DNA of 64,000 bases from assembly GCA_963847185.1 (NCBI GenBank), contig CAWJYV010000010.1:288001-352000 (forward strand), read 5' to 3'. This stretch comes from an uncultured Methanosarcinaceae archaeon. GTDB lineage: Archaea; Halobacteriota; Methanosarcinia; Methanosarcinales; Methanosarcinaceae. Position 1 is the first letter of the stretch. Each line of letters opens with the position of its first letter. The position numbers and the translations under genes were made by a program. This document shows, piece after piece, positions 52,894-64,000 of the stretch. Under the pieces are notes generated by a model. The model was given only the letters and a program-made list of their open reading frames with translations. It had not been told where the DNA came from and ran no database searches.

Positions 52894-54588
52894 TCAGCTT
52901 CCAGACTTTTTCAAATTGAGAACTGCATACTGCCTGCTTCCGGTCCTGTAGATGGTAATTCCTTTAAGCTCCTGCCTCCAGGCATAAATTAAAGCCTGTT
53001 TGATATCATCTTTTTTTACAGATTCCGGCATATTGATTGTTTTAGAGATTCCGGCATGACAATAGCGTTGGAATGCAGCCTGAATATCAATACTAACTTT
53101 CCAATCGACATCAAGCGCAGACTTGAAGATCTTCTTTTCTTCTTCAGTTACGATTTTCGAATTCTCGACGTTCTGCAGGGTGCCGTGAGTATATACATGG
53201 TTGAGGAGCCAGAAATAGTCTGTTTCGGAAAGCTTTGGCAGGAAATGTGCCTCAAAAAGCGGATGGACAAGCATAAATTCCTTTTCCACTGCCTGCGTTC
53301 TTTTGTACACCCAGCTGAAAACAGGTTCAATCCCCGCAGAACAGCCGGCAAGAATGCTGATCGTGCCGGTTGGGGCAACTGCAGTCAACGTGGCATTTCT
53401 CATTGGAAGTTCCCATGTAGAATCATCAGATTCCGGAAAAGATCCCTTTTCTGCCGCAAGTCTTCTTGACTCCCTGACCGCAGCCCAGCTAATTTGCTCC
53501 ATAATTTTTCCCGCGAGTTCCAGAGCTTCAGGAGAATCATAGGGAAGCCTGAGCTTCAGAAGCAGATCGTGAAAACCCATTACTCCAAGCCCGATCTTCC
53601 GGGTCTTCTTTGTCGATGCTTCAATTTTAGGAATCGGAAATACGTTATTATCAATCTCATTGTCCAGGAATCGGACAGCTTTTCCTGCCACTTCCCTGAG
53701 AAAATCCCAGTTTACTTTTCCCTCTGTAACAAAAAAGGAAAGATTTATGCTGCCCAGGTTACAGGACTCAAAAGACAGGAGCGGTTCTTCTCCACAGGGA
53801 TTTGTGGTAGAAATCTCCCCAAGTGCAGGCGTGAAGTTGTCTCTGTTTATACGGTCATAAAAAAGGATGCCTGGTTCACCGTTTCTCCAGATGCTTTCGA
53901 CAATTTCGGAAAAGATGCCGCCAACTGTCATGCCTGTTTGTTTATTCCAGATTTCATCGGTCTGATCCAAGTCCATAAGTTCCATAAAGGCATCTGGAAC
54001 CATAACCGAGAGATTAAAATTATTGAATTTTCCTTCCACTTTTTTTGCCCTGATGAAAGAAACAATGTCATTGTGTGAAATATCGAGGATGCCCATATTG
54101 GCACCTCTACGCTTCCCAAATTGTTTCACGACCTCAGTTGCCTCATTATAAAGTTTTATGACAGCTAGAGGGCCGCTGGAAATACCATCTGAATCCGGAG
54201 AATGAGAAACGTCAGGGTGTACTTTTGAAAAATTGAAACCTGTACCACCCCCGGTTTTCTGGATCAGGGCTGCAGTCTTGAGGGTATCAAAAATCTCTTC
54301 TATACTATTCTCTACTGGAAGCACAAAGCAGGCTGAGAGCTGCCCGTTCTCTGTGCCTGCGTTCATTAGCGTGGGCGAGTTCGGAAGAAAAATTTTCCTG
54401 ACCATCAGGTCCTTGAATTCCAGATATTCTTCTTTAGTTATTGCAATTGCCTGTGCAACTCTTTCACAGATATCTTCCCAATCCTTTTCCCCTTCTTGCA
54501 GATATCTGGCTTTAAGGGTTTCACTAATCAGAGCGCCCCATCCTTCTTCTGTTTCCCACACAAAAATCTCTTCTCCAGGAATATTCAA
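52894..54588 (-). CDS. nrdJ: Adenosylcobalamin-dependent (class II) ribonucleotide reductase, short form
   Basis: PNSPTLMNAG, LSACFV, GGGTG, RRGANM, TNPCGE, ESCNLGSINL, APTGTIS, ISKTIN, KGITIYR. Confidence 0.92.
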   Translation of the reverse strand: MNIPGEEIFVWETEEGWGALISETLKARYLQEGEKDWEDICERVAQAIAITKEEYLEFKDLMVRKIFLPNSPTLMNAGTENGQLSACFVLPVENSIEEIFDTLKTAALIQKTGGGTGFNFSKVHPDVSHSPDSDGISSGPLAVIKLYNEATEVVKQFGKRRGANMGILDISHNDIVSFIRAKKVEGKFNNFNLSVMVPDAFMELMDLDQTDEIWNKQTGMTVGGIFSEIVESIWRNGEPGILFYDRINRDNFTPALGEISTTNPCGEEPLLSFESCNLGSINLSFFVTEGKVNWDFLREVAGKAVRFLDNEIDNNVFPIPKIEASTKKTRKIGLGVMGFHDLLLKLRLPYDSPEALELAGKIMEQISWAAVRESRRLAAEKGSFPESDDSTWELPMRNATLTAVAPTGTISILAGCSAGIEPVFSWVYKRTQAVEKEFMLVHPLFEAHFLPKLSETDYFWLLNHVYTHGTLQNVENSKIVTEEEKKIFKSALDVDWKVSIDIQAAFQRYCHAGISKTINMPESVKKDDIKQALIYAWRQELKGITIYRTGSRQYAVLNLKKSGS

Positions 54589-54947
54589 CAGGTTTCAGCT
54601 TTTGTTAAAAGAAGCTATATTTCATGTTAATTTACGCTAAACGGTAATATAATAACATAACATAATAAGGCATATCAGAAGGTTTTAAAATATGGAAATA
54701 TGCGTGCGGAAAAGCTAATATATAGTTGAGTGGTTCGACGTAATAAATCCAGTGAAAATACAATTCGCACATACTTAAATTCAATATAAGCTTAACCGAA
54801 TTTATAGGAAAGACTCCTGAGTAACTAATGGACGAAGCGGAATTACACACGGGAAGAAGTCAACGGGAAGCGCCAAATGTTCTTTCCGGATGGACCTGTC
54901 CCTCAAAAACCTGTGGTTATATCATCAAGGACTTTGTGGAGAGGAAG

Positions 54948-55082
54948 ATGAAGAAGAAAATAAACCCTTTTAAAATTACAATAAAACCGTTCACTCTAAT
55001 TTTTTGGTCTGCGGTGGTTGTGATCCTGGCCGTTCTCGGGCTGCTATTAAAACGGAATAAGACAAGTCCGAGAAAAAAATAA
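54948..55082 (+). CDS. Small single-TM protein (44 aa)
   Basis: GGAGAGG RBS. IFWSAVVVILAVLGLLL is flanked by basic residues. Confidence 0.5.
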   Translation: MKKKINPFKITIKPFTLIFWSAVVVILAVLGLLLKRNKTSPRKK

Positions 55083-55359
55083 ATTCTTTTATTTTCTAAA
55101 AGTAGAGAATATGACAGGCCGACAAATGGGAGTTTTTCTAGTAGGGGTCTTTGTGATAAACAATTTGATTTAAGGAGGTAAATTTCTTGTGTCTGGAATG
55201 GAACAATCGACCTGTCAGATTATCATAGGAATATATCTATAAAAATGTTCTGATAATTATGATTCAGTAACTATTTTACTGATAGTCTAATTAGAGAATT
55301 CTTTTTTAAAAAAGAGTATTTCGTTTTTGTAGCTAAAAAACTTCGGTTAAAAGAATCCT

Positions 55360-55596
55360 TTAAACCTTAACAGTGGAGATGGCTACTTCCAGGAGTGTGA
55401 ACCCTACAATCTCTTCTTCCGGAATACCTGCAATTAGCCTGGCAAAGTTTTTATTTACTCCAGGATAGATTCCATTTTTATCTTTATGACAAACAGGATT
55501 GAACATTGTATTGAGCATACTTTTTACAAAACAACAATTATCACAAGATAGGGACTCATTTTTTGAGCTGTTCGGGCTTTTTTGGAACTCTTTCAT
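55360..55596 (-). pseudogene. Truncated PAS-domain protein
   Basis: MLNTMFNPVCHKDKNGIY.GVNKNFARLIAGIPEEEIVG followed by an early stop. GAGG RBS upstream. Confidence 0.6.
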
Positions 55597-55948
55597 ACCC
55601 CTTTAACCTCTAATTTTTTAAGTTAAGTTTTCCGGAATTACAATTGCTCAGGTGACGAAAACAATAGCTATAGAAGTAATTAAGATATCTACGGAGTAAT
55701 AAACATATTTATTATTGACTGTTTCAATATCCTATTATAAACTTGAAATAATATTACATAACAAGCATTATAATGATAAGGAGACATAAATTGTCTACCT
55801 TCCTTTTACTTGTTATTAGTGTCTCCTTATCACCTAGAAGATAAACTGTTAGTCTTTCCTCGGAAATTAAAAAAGAATAAGAAAAGCCGGGAAAAGAAGT
55901 CAGAGAAGCTGGGAACCTCTGAAAGAAGTAAAGTAAAAACAAAGAGTT

Positions 55949-56137
55949 TTAATTTGCAAGAATAAGGGCTTCACTACGTGAAAAATTGATCTCTTTAATT
56001 GATCCTTCAACAGTCATTTTATCCCCTAAAATTCCGGTCAGATGGACAGAGTTGCCTTCAACAAGGATCTTTGCCACGGAATCCATAATCCTTTCACGTT
56101 TGTCTCCACGAAGCAAAATAGCATTTATTTCACACAT
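55949..56137 (-). CDS. CooT family nickel-binding protein
   Basis: MCE start, IMDSVAKI, LTGILGD, IKEINF. Confidence 0.88.
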   Translation of the reverse strand: MCEINAILLRGDKRERIMDSVAKILVEGNSVHLTGILGDKMTVEGSIKEINFSRSEALILAN

Positions 56138-56351
56138 CTTCCATTCTCCTTAAAATTCTTCAAACATTTAGACTTATTTAAATCTGTTCGAATCGGTTTA
56201 ATTAACCAAAATCCATTATAATGGAGACCCATTATAATTGGCTTAATTAATTAAGCTAATTTTATACCTTCTATTTCTTTAAACTATTAGTAACCCGGAT
56301 CAATAAAAAGTTGCCGAAAAAGACCTATCCAAAAACTATCTGACAAAAGCT

Positions 56352-57233
56352 TCAGGGATAATTCATCAGTTTTGCAACGGACAGGCCCTGCTCGAGCCCG
56401 AGGTCCTCAGCTACGCACTCACATTTTGTAAGAAGCATGTAAGCAATAGGACCGAAGTTATGTTCTGAGAGAGTTTCATAATTAGCCATACCCTTGCTGA
56501 TGATAAGAGTTGCATCTTTCATGGATTTGAGCAGTTCAGCTGGGGCCTCCTCTATCAGGATTCCAACTGCATTTGAACCGGTAGTCAGGATACGGTCAAC
56601 CTTTTTGTCAATTTCAAACTCTTTTACCTCTTCCAGAGTTACATCTGTAAGAATTGGCCCTCCTCGAACTACAAGCGTTATTTTTCCTCCAAGTTTTTTG
56701 ATGATATCAAAAACAAGCATGTCAAAGAGAATTTCTCCACAGTTATCGGCAATATAAACAACATCCTGCAAGAGTCCAAGCATCTTAGGAGTATCATCCA
56801 CATCAAGCCCGTGCTCGAAGTATTTCAAAAAAGTAGCCTCAAATTTATCTTCACTGGCATCAAAGCCCATGATCCCGAAATCGAAGTAATTCGCAATTAC
56901 TGATGCCAGCACCGCCTTTCTGAAAAGTTCCGTGTCATTCGTATAATTTTCATAGATTTTTTCTTTTGCTGCAGGCAGGACTTTCATTGCAGCCTGGTTG
57001 ATGAGCTTCTTTGTTACCGCATAAGGATCGTTGTTTTCCAGGACTTCGTAGCATTTCCTGTGAATTTTAGTGGCTATTGAGGCAGATACTGCTTCAGGGC
57101 TGTAATGTTTATTCATGACTCCAAGGCATTCATGGATGGTCTTGCTAATAAGATCTTCATCGTCAGTAGAAAGCTTGGCCTGAAAGTGCACTCTTGAAAG
57201 CAGGCAATAAGTACAGCGTGGGTTCATTTTCAT
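56352..57233 (-). CDS. DUF89/ARMT1-like damage-control phosphatase
   Basis: PRCTYCL, DPY..K, ANYFDFG, ADNCGEILFD, ISKGMANYE, KC. Confidence 0.9.
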   Translation of the reverse strand: MKMNPRCTYCLLSRVHFQAKLSTDDEDLISKTIHECLGVMNKHYSPEAVSASIATKIHRKCYEVLENNDPYAVTKKLINQAAMKVLPAAKEKIYENYTNDTELFRKAVLASVIANYFDFGIMGFDASEDKFEATFLKYFEHGLDVDDTPKMLGLLQDVVYIADNCGEILFDMLVFDIIKKLGGKITLVVRGGPILTDVTLEEVKEFEIDKKVDRILTTGSNAVGILIEEAPAELLKSMKDATLIISKGMANYETLSEHNFGPIAYMLLTKCECVAEDLGLEQGLSVAKLMNYP

Positions 57234-57545
57234 ATGAATATTTCCTATTTTCTGATCCGGGAATAATTTTTGCCAGAATTCTAGGTATTGCGGCAAATCT
57301 TATAGAATTAACTCTTTCGAACTCTTCCTGATAGAATAAGGCTTAAGATAGAATAATGATTTAAAAATTTAACCTAAAAGCAAAAAAACGTAGAAAAGAT
57401 CCAGAATGGGAAACTTAAATAAATCTCCTCATTTTGGAATAATTTGATCAAGTCAAGTAAAACAATATGCTTTAATAAGTATGCTTTCAACGAGAATTAG
57501 CTTAAAAAGGTAAATTCTTTATAGCTTAAAGTAAAATTATTTATA

Positions 57546-59092
57546 ATGATGTCTACAGCCACAGGTTTAAGCCTTGTTTCAAACAGAAATTTAAAGCTCT
57601 TCTCATCCTTGTTTTTTCTTTCGATATTATTTTTCGTTTCAACATTTTCATTACCTGCTTTTGCACTTACTGAAATGGAGATAAATCCTGTTAATACGCC
57701 TGAAGGTGCAGTCGTACTAATTGTGGACGGACTCAGCGCTCCTTTTATCTATCCAGAACTTACCCCATATGCCCTTGACGGTACAGCTCTCGAAAAGGCC
57801 AGGCTTGAGAATATTCCGAAAATATGGAAAGAAAGTTCCCGAGTTCTTGAATTCCGCGCCCCTCAGACCTTTACAGAAGGTGGACACTCAGTCCTTGTTA
57901 CAGGAAATCCGGGTGCGGACAGTGAGCTTGTAAGTTTCAAGGATGCAACTGTTTTTGATGTTTTACATAAAGAGGGCTATCTTTGCATTGCAATTATGGA
58001 GAGATGGGGATTCCGGGTCGATCTGCGCTGAACAGGATATGATCCTCAGAGATGAAAACAACTCGATAAACAAAATGAAGATCGTGCTTGAAAAGCACGT
58101 ACATTCCTCCTAATACCGGAATACCTGAAGGACTCTTAAAGGTTCTGAAAGAGGCAGCTGATAAAGCTCCAGGATATGTAAAATCAAAAGAGACGCGGGA
58201 AAGATATAGTGGATATGATAGGTGGGGTATAGAGACTGCATGTGCGGTTGTGAAATACATGGCCGCAAATATGCCGGAACAAAAATACCTGCTCACTGTA
58301 AATGTAGGAGCTATAGATGCCAGTGGGCAACACAGAGATAACTATGGGTATATAGACTGCATAGAATGCCTTGATGCCGATCTTTCTCCCCTCTATCAGC
58401 TATGCAAGAAAAATGACCTTGCCTTTGTCCTCACAGCAGACCACGGAATGGGTTTTTCCAAAAATGATTCCAAAGGCGGGCACCAGTCCGAAAAATTCAC
58501 GGGCACCGATGAAGCGCAGCTAATTCCGCTTATAGTACATACACTGGATACGAAAAGCGGAGTTATTAGTGGGAAATACGGGCAGGAAGACTTTGCTGCA
58601 ACGCTTTTAGGGATCCTTGATATTCCGGACAGGCCGAGATTTATAGAAGGAAAGCAAATCCCCCTGACAGGACACGTAAACCTGAAAGTTCAACTCCCAG
58701 AAAAAGGATCCGTAGAACTGATTAAGAGTGAAAAACTGCTCACTTCCTCTCAAAATGATGATCAGTTCCTTTTCCTGGGGCTTGAGCCGGAAAATGAGTA
58801 TACGGTCAGGGCTACTCTTGATTCCGGAAAAAGCCTTGAAGAGCAGGAAAAAGTGGTTCTTCTTGAAACCGATTCAGTGATGGAATTCATGGAAAAAGGG
58901 CAGAAAGACCTGGAGAATACAAAATTTAACATTGACCCTAAAAACTCCTCCGAAGAAAAGTCCACTTCTACAGCAGGTTTCTTTAAAGGGACTTCAAGCT
59001 CAAGTTCCGGACATCTGGTAGCCTATGTCCTGATAGGATTGGTCAATGTTATAGGAATTTTGCTTATTGCAAAGATAATGAGAAAGAAATGA
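57546..59092 (+). pseudogene. Membrane-anchored alkaline-phosphatase-superfamily protein, frameshifts near 58005 and 58105
   Basis: Signal peptide, VLIVDGL, TFTEGGHSVLVTG, IDASGQH, LTADHGM, GGH, C-terminal TM. A short bridging frame (GDSGSICAEQD..) joins the two track ORFs. Confidence 0.8.
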
Positions 59093-59201
59093 ATGAGATA
59101 GATTAAGAAGAAGTGAATGGATAAATCAAGAAGAAATGAATGGATAACTAAAATATGCTAAAAGACGATGAAAGTCAATAAATCAGGATCTGAATGACAG
59201 G

Positions 59202-59468
59202 TTATACGTTTCCTGTGGCTTCTTTAAAAGTGACATCAACATCTTCCACGTAAGCAAAAGCAGGTCCTTTCCAGAGCTCGTTTATTAGGAGTTCTATGGC
59301 TTCTCTCCCGCCTTCAACGACAACGAAAACCCTTCCGTCCCTGAGGTTTACAGGGTTGCAGTCTACACCAAAACGCTCTGCAGCGTTTCTTACAAACCTT
59401 CGAAATCCTACCCCCTGTACCCTTCCTGATACGTGGATTTCTGCCCGCACAGTTTCTCCAGAGTTCAC
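59202..59468 (-). CDS. acyP: Acylphosphatase
   Basis: VSGRVQGVGFR, NLRDGRV, GP.A.VEDV. Confidence 0.92.
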   Translation of the reverse strand: MNSGETVRAEIHVSGRVQGVGFRRFVRNAAERFGVDCNPVNLRDGRVFVVVEGGREAIELLINELWKGPAFAYVEDVDVTFKEATGNV

Positions 59469-60089
59469 ATCTGGCTATTTTGAATAACCCCAATATATAT
59501 TTATGGTTATTTCCGCTGGCAAACTTAAAATGAAAGTAGCTTTCAGAATAAGAGAAAGATGTTATGGATCAAGGTAAATAGAGAAAGTTTTCCGTAACAT
59601 TATATTTATTATTTAATTATGAATGTTTGGATGCATCCTGTTTTTAATGTCAAAATAAAATCTGATAAGTAATTTTTAAAAGGACATCTACCTGTCTAGA
59701 ATCTAAGTGGTAAGTAAAATATTTTTACCTTAGTGTTGAGGCTCTGTATGAGGTGTAAGAAATCTATCCAGCCTGTCCTTTATCCGTAACAAGAAATTCA
59801 GCTGTTTCTGTGTCTTGCTCCTCACAACTGTGGATTTTTTAAGGATTTCTCAAATCCGCTCAAGTTCGATTGGACTTTTAATTTTTCATATAAGTCTGGA
59901 ATGTTTTACTACGTATTAATTAAGTAACCGTTATATTGGTAAAAGACCATTTACTGAAAAACCTAAACATAATTATTCTTTAATATATTTATAAAGAATG
60001 TTATGTGTTTATATTCTCATATCAGATTAAAAATTCATCGTCAAGATTTTTTAATACTGGAGTACATAAATTGAAGTAGGGGCATAAAA

Positions 60090-61535
60090 ATGAACGGAAA
60101 ATATCTTAGTTATGTAGGGCAAAAAGGGAAAAAAACAGTATTTTTCATTCTTCTGGTTGCACTGGATATATTTATTGTTTACATCCTTATACAATCTATC
60201 TCTCCACTTACACCGTCAAATGAGACTGTGTATGTAGCGGGCGATGGAAGTGAAAACTTTACCTGCGATGGAAGTAATGACCAAGTAGAGATAAATCAAG
60301 CTCTCGCATATGTTGCAGAAAATCCGCAGCTCACGACAGTTTATTTGAAAGGTCCAAATACATACTTTATTTCAGATAGTATTTTCATTGGAAATAACAC
60401 GACCCTGGAAGGCGATCCTACAGCCGTAATTAAACTAATAGACAATGCAGATTGGCCAGTGTTTAAGCCCCTTATAACGCAGATTAACAGCACCGGAATC
60501 CATGGAGTAACTATAAAAGGATTCGAAATCGACGGAAATCATGACAATAATCTGGATAAAAAGAGGGGATACGGATATTACAATATGATCCATTTCCGTA
60601 ATTCTGGGGACATTCAAGTTCATGATATGTACATGCACGATGGGCATGGAGAAGGGATGAAAGTAGACCGCAGTGACAATATTAAGTTTTACAATAACAG
60701 TATATATAAAACGGGGCATAACGGTCTTTTTGCTGAAGATAGCCAGAATGTAGAAGCCTGGAATAATAAAATAACCGTCAGAACTGACTCTGGTCTTAGA
60801 TCAAGGAATTGCAACCATGTAAAAATACATGATAATGAAATTGACTCCTTTTACCACTGGAGTGCAGGCGGCTCTGGAATTCTGATAGAGAAAACGACAG
60901 GTATCGTCAATGACGTGAAGGTATTCAATAATACTATCCAGAATACTTATGGATCTGGAATCTGGTTGATAGGTTGTTTTCAGTTATATCCAAAGGAAGA
61001 CGCACAGAATGTCCACATTTATAATAATATCTTTCATAATACTGGTACAAACCCAAGTATTGATTGGGCAGGAGGGATTGTAACAAGTGGATTTTACGAC
61101 ACTCTCATCGAAAACAATACCTTTGACGGGGTGCGTCATGGAGCAATTATTCAGATGTATCCTACAGGCGGCACTCACATTTATCCGACATATAATAATT
61201 CAGGTCACATTGACCTTTCACCTAAAGGTACAGGATACACAACAATTGTCCGCAATAATATTATTGCAAATACCAAACAACGTACGAAAGATCCTGATGG
61301 AACAGGATACGGAGCAATTAATTATCTGCCAGAAACACATACTATCCTAATGGAGAATAACTGTCTGTACAATAACTATGCAGGTAACTATGTAAATTGT
61401 TCGTCAACAACTGACGTCTATATGGATCCTCATTATTTAAACCAGAGCATTGGCGCCGGATATTTTTCAGAAGAAATCCCAAAAAATATTAACCAAACAA
61501 GTGTAAACTCCATCTTTAGACGAAGTTGCTCATAA
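60090..61535 (+). CDS. Membrane-anchored right-handed beta-helix (disaggregatase-related) protein
   Basis: N-terminal TM, VYVAGDGS..CDGSNDQVEINQAL, GFEIDGNH, Asn-rich PbH1 repeats. Confidence 0.85.
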   Translation: MNGKYLSYVGQKGKKTVFFILLVALDIFIVYILIQSISPLTPSNETVYVAGDGSENFTCDGSNDQVEINQALAYVAENPQLTTVYLKGPNTYFISDSIFIGNNTTLEGDPTAVIKLIDNADWPVFKPLITQINSTGIHGVTIKGFEIDGNHDNNLDKKRGYGYYNMIHFRNSGDIQVHDMYMHDGHGEGMKVDRSDNIKFYNNSIYKTGHNGLFAEDSQNVEAWNNKITVRTDSGLRSRNCNHVKIHDNEIDSFYHWSAGGSGILIEKTTGIVNDVKVFNNTIQNTYGSGIWLIGCFQLYPKEDAQNVHIYNNIFHNTGTNPSIDWAGGIVTSGFYDTLIENNTFDGVRHGAIIQMYPTGGTHIYPTYNNSGHIDLSPKGTGYTTIVRNNIIANTKQRTKDPDGTGYGAINYLPETHTILMENNCLYNNYAGNYVNCSSTTDVYMDPHYLNQSIGAGYFSEEIPKNINQTSVNSIFRRSCS

Positions 61536-62052
61536 AACACCTGCGGTTGTATTAATCTGTAGAGGCCTGAAACATGGCCAATTTTCTTTTTTAGATTATT
61601 TTCTTTTTTAGATTAGTTCTTTGAACAATGGGTACAATCTCCGTTCCAAGAATTTGTCCTGAGTCACATGATTGTGTTTTTCAACAAGACCATATCAATA
61701 CTGTCACAGTATTAATTACATTTGACCAGAATGTAATATGTTAGAAGAATATGATGGAAAATAAGTGAAATTCAGGGGAAGAATACTTTCTAAAAAAACA
61801 GGAAATGCTTTGATAAGGAAATGTAAAAACCAAAAATCTCTTTCCTGCCTGGTAGATACTGCAATAGGATTATAGCAGGTGTAGAGAAGTATTGTGATCT
61901 GATTCAGGCAGTTTTCTACAAAATAAGAAATATTTTTTGTAAGCTAATTTTTTAAAACTGAACAATTGTACATAAATCTATACAGATGTACAATAAAAAT
62001 TCACTACTTACAAACGTTTACTAAAAGATGGAAAAATATAAAAGAGAATATC

Positions 62053-62286
62053 TTATGATGCAATCTCAAAAGGATAAACTTCCTCCCATCTATCACCTAT
62101 AATCGAACAAATACTTCCTTCCTCTACCCTCATCTGCATTGTATCCCCTTCTAATCGGATTGTTATGAGGTCTCCATTTTCACAATAATCGCATTTAACT
62201 GGAGAAGAATCACCATAGCGTAGGAAGGCAGTACCACAGTCATACAAAACGAGATAGTTGTTTCCTGATTTGAATTTTCGTTTCAT
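62053..62286 (-). CDS. Small Cys-containing hypothetical protein (77 aa)
   Basis: YDCG...CDYC, protein-like composition. Confidence 0.65.
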   Translation of the reverse strand: MKRKFKSGNNYLVLYDCGTAFLRYGDSSPVKCDYCENGDLITIRLEGDTMQMRVEEGSICSIIGDRWEEVYPFEIAS

Positions 62287-63101
62287 GTGAAGGATCTCCT
62301 AATAATTTCCTTCTAGAATCTCTAGACGTTATTTACAACTGTTAATGTCTTATATCTTTATTAATTTTTTTGTTTTTGTATTTTTCCTCTCTTTTTATGC
62401 CTGGAATAGATTTTCACGGATAACTTTTAATTTAATCTTAGGACAGGAATGTATAACTCACTTTTTTGAGATCCACTTTCTGCAAACGAAGAGCTTGAAA
62501 TCAAAATACGATCGAAACACACGAACTTATAAATTATTTTTGCAGTTATTATACTTCTTTTTGGAGCAAACAAACTTCCGGAACTGGCCCTCTCCGTGAG
62601 AGGTTCAGTGGTAGGATTCAAAAAAGCCCATATTCGGTCAAAATTCTGGACTGCATAAAAATTTGAAGGGTAATGTTTATGAACAAATACGATACAGAAA
62701 AGAAGAATTGATTAAATCATTTTTCAGGTATTTAGCATGTCTAATAATATTCAGAAACCGAAATCTCGTAGAGAGCATGATCAAATGAAGCGTGACAGAA
62801 TGAATAATCAAACATCAGTACCCGATAGAGAGGGTATAATTGAAAAATGCAAGAAACTTGTAAGAAGAAAAAACTCGGAAAATTAAGCATGTAAAACAAT
62901 TAGGTATTTTAATAACATTCAATAGATTTAACGGAATAAGGTCCTCCCGTAGCTTCTTATAACACTATTTATCCTTTTAAAATGCAGATGCAAATGGCTT
63001 ATTTGCTTCAGATTTGGGAGGATCTTTCCTGGATATGTTTATCATGGTTGATAGATTTGGAGCTGTCACACGCATTTTATACCTGCTAATTTTGAATGCT
63101 T

Positions 63102-63530
63102 TCACGTGGGCGTGACGAGATCGGCAGTCATGATACCAAAATATATCCGTTTCCTAGCTTTCCGGGTGCCCTTATCAAGTTTTGTATCAATCATTGTTGG
63201 AATGAACTCAAATACTTTTACAGTTGCGCTTTCCAGCTGCTGCCTGAGCCCAATACTAAACATATGTACCGCCCGTCTGGCCGCACAATCAAAGTTTCAC
63301 TGGCGCACCCGCAACAAGCCAGCGGGATATTCGACTGAAATAAACAGGAAGTATGTCATATGATAGGATTCAAGCTCTGAACAAACATTCATGATCGTAG
63401 CTTCTTTCTGCTTCATCAAGTCCGGGGTAAAGAGTGCTGTCATATACACGAGAGAGCTGAAGTTGATATCTCTTTCATCTCTATATCTGGCTCACCATAC
63501 CCGATAAGGCCATCAGTCCCTTTTTAACAA
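63102..63530 (-). pseudogene. Decayed short-chain dehydrogenase (DltE-like SDR)
   Basis: DINFSSLVYMTALFTPDLMKQKEATIMNVCS and CAARRAVHMFSIGLRQQLESATVKVFEFIPTMIDTKLDKG. No intact start or cofactor motif. Boundaries approximate. Confidence 0.7.
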
Positions 63531-63653
63531 TATACCTCGTTGTCTGCATCTCTTTGCAGGTAAGGGAAGCAGATTATAATCAAATAATTTAAATAGACAA
63601 TTAGTGTGAGTGTAATACATATGTTTATATTTAAAATTAAACAGATGACTGAC

Positions 63654-64000
63654 ATGAAGACATCATTTCTATTATTGATCCTTCTTTTATTTGTGTTATC
63701 GGCTGGCTGTGCCGGGAAAGCTCAGGAACACACCATAAATTCTACAGAAACGCGGAACGAAAGCACTGTTGTGGAAGTAACCCAGCTGGATCAGATTAAT
63801 ACATCTCTTCAAAAGGGTCCTGTTCTTTTGAAAATCGGAGCTGAGTGGTGTGAAGAATGCCAAAAAATAATGCCTACCCTGGCTCAGATTGCATCAAATT
63901 ACGAAGGTAGAGCCACGGTCGTGACTGTAGACATTGACAAAAGCCCTGATCTTGCTAACTATTTCGGAATATACGTGATCCCTGACTCCTGTGTGATTGT
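63654..64000 (+). CDS. Thioredoxin-family lipoprotein, runs off the window end
   Basis: Lipobox LSAGC, KGPVLLKIGAEWCEEC, VDIDKSPDLA..FGI..IP. Confidence 0.88.
   Translation, partial: MKTSFLLLILLLFVLSAGCAGKAQEHTINSTETRNESTVVEVTQLDQINTSLQKGPVLLKIGAEWCEECQKIMPTLAQIASNYEGRATVVTVDIDKSPDLANYFGIYVIPDSCVI

Noticed and set aside
54820-54905. GC-richer segment near nrdJ, possible cobalamin riboswitch
   Set aside because: No B12-box or consistent helices recognised on the nrdJ strand.

Overview
Archaeal chromosome window, almost certainly Methanosarcina. The assignment rests on methanogenesis marker 8, MTH865, CooT, a SET-domain protein, a disaggregatase-type beta-helix protein and AT-rich intergenic DNA. 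It opens with a kaiC-kaiB-kaiB-PAS histidine kinase operon. About 7-28.5 kb is a decayed accessory region. It holds three fragments of a casposon-type Cas1 (casposase) C-terminus that the ORF track misses, MITE-like elements, an IS1182 remnant, a 545-bp duplication and a STAND/NB-ARC-TPR protein. It also holds several RBS-backed microproteins below the 60-aa track cut-off: two 25-aa peptides behind paralogous promoters, a 46-aa Zn-ribbon flanked by a repeated structured motif, a 57-aa HTH and a 41-aa K/A/P-rich peptide. The rest is mostly housekeeping: ABC transporters, MarR, a RavA/ViaA-like pair, a SET protein, an APC permease, a ThyX-like protein, enolase, two EamA transporters, a class II RNR, CooT, DUF89, acylphosphatase and thioredoxin. 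A decayed putative CHAT/Zn-ribbon/TM operon lies at 41.5-42.5 kb. Several otherwise intact genes carry 1-2 bp indels, which may be assembly errors. No rRNA, tRNA or CRISPR array was seen. Family assignments come from motif recognition, not database searches.
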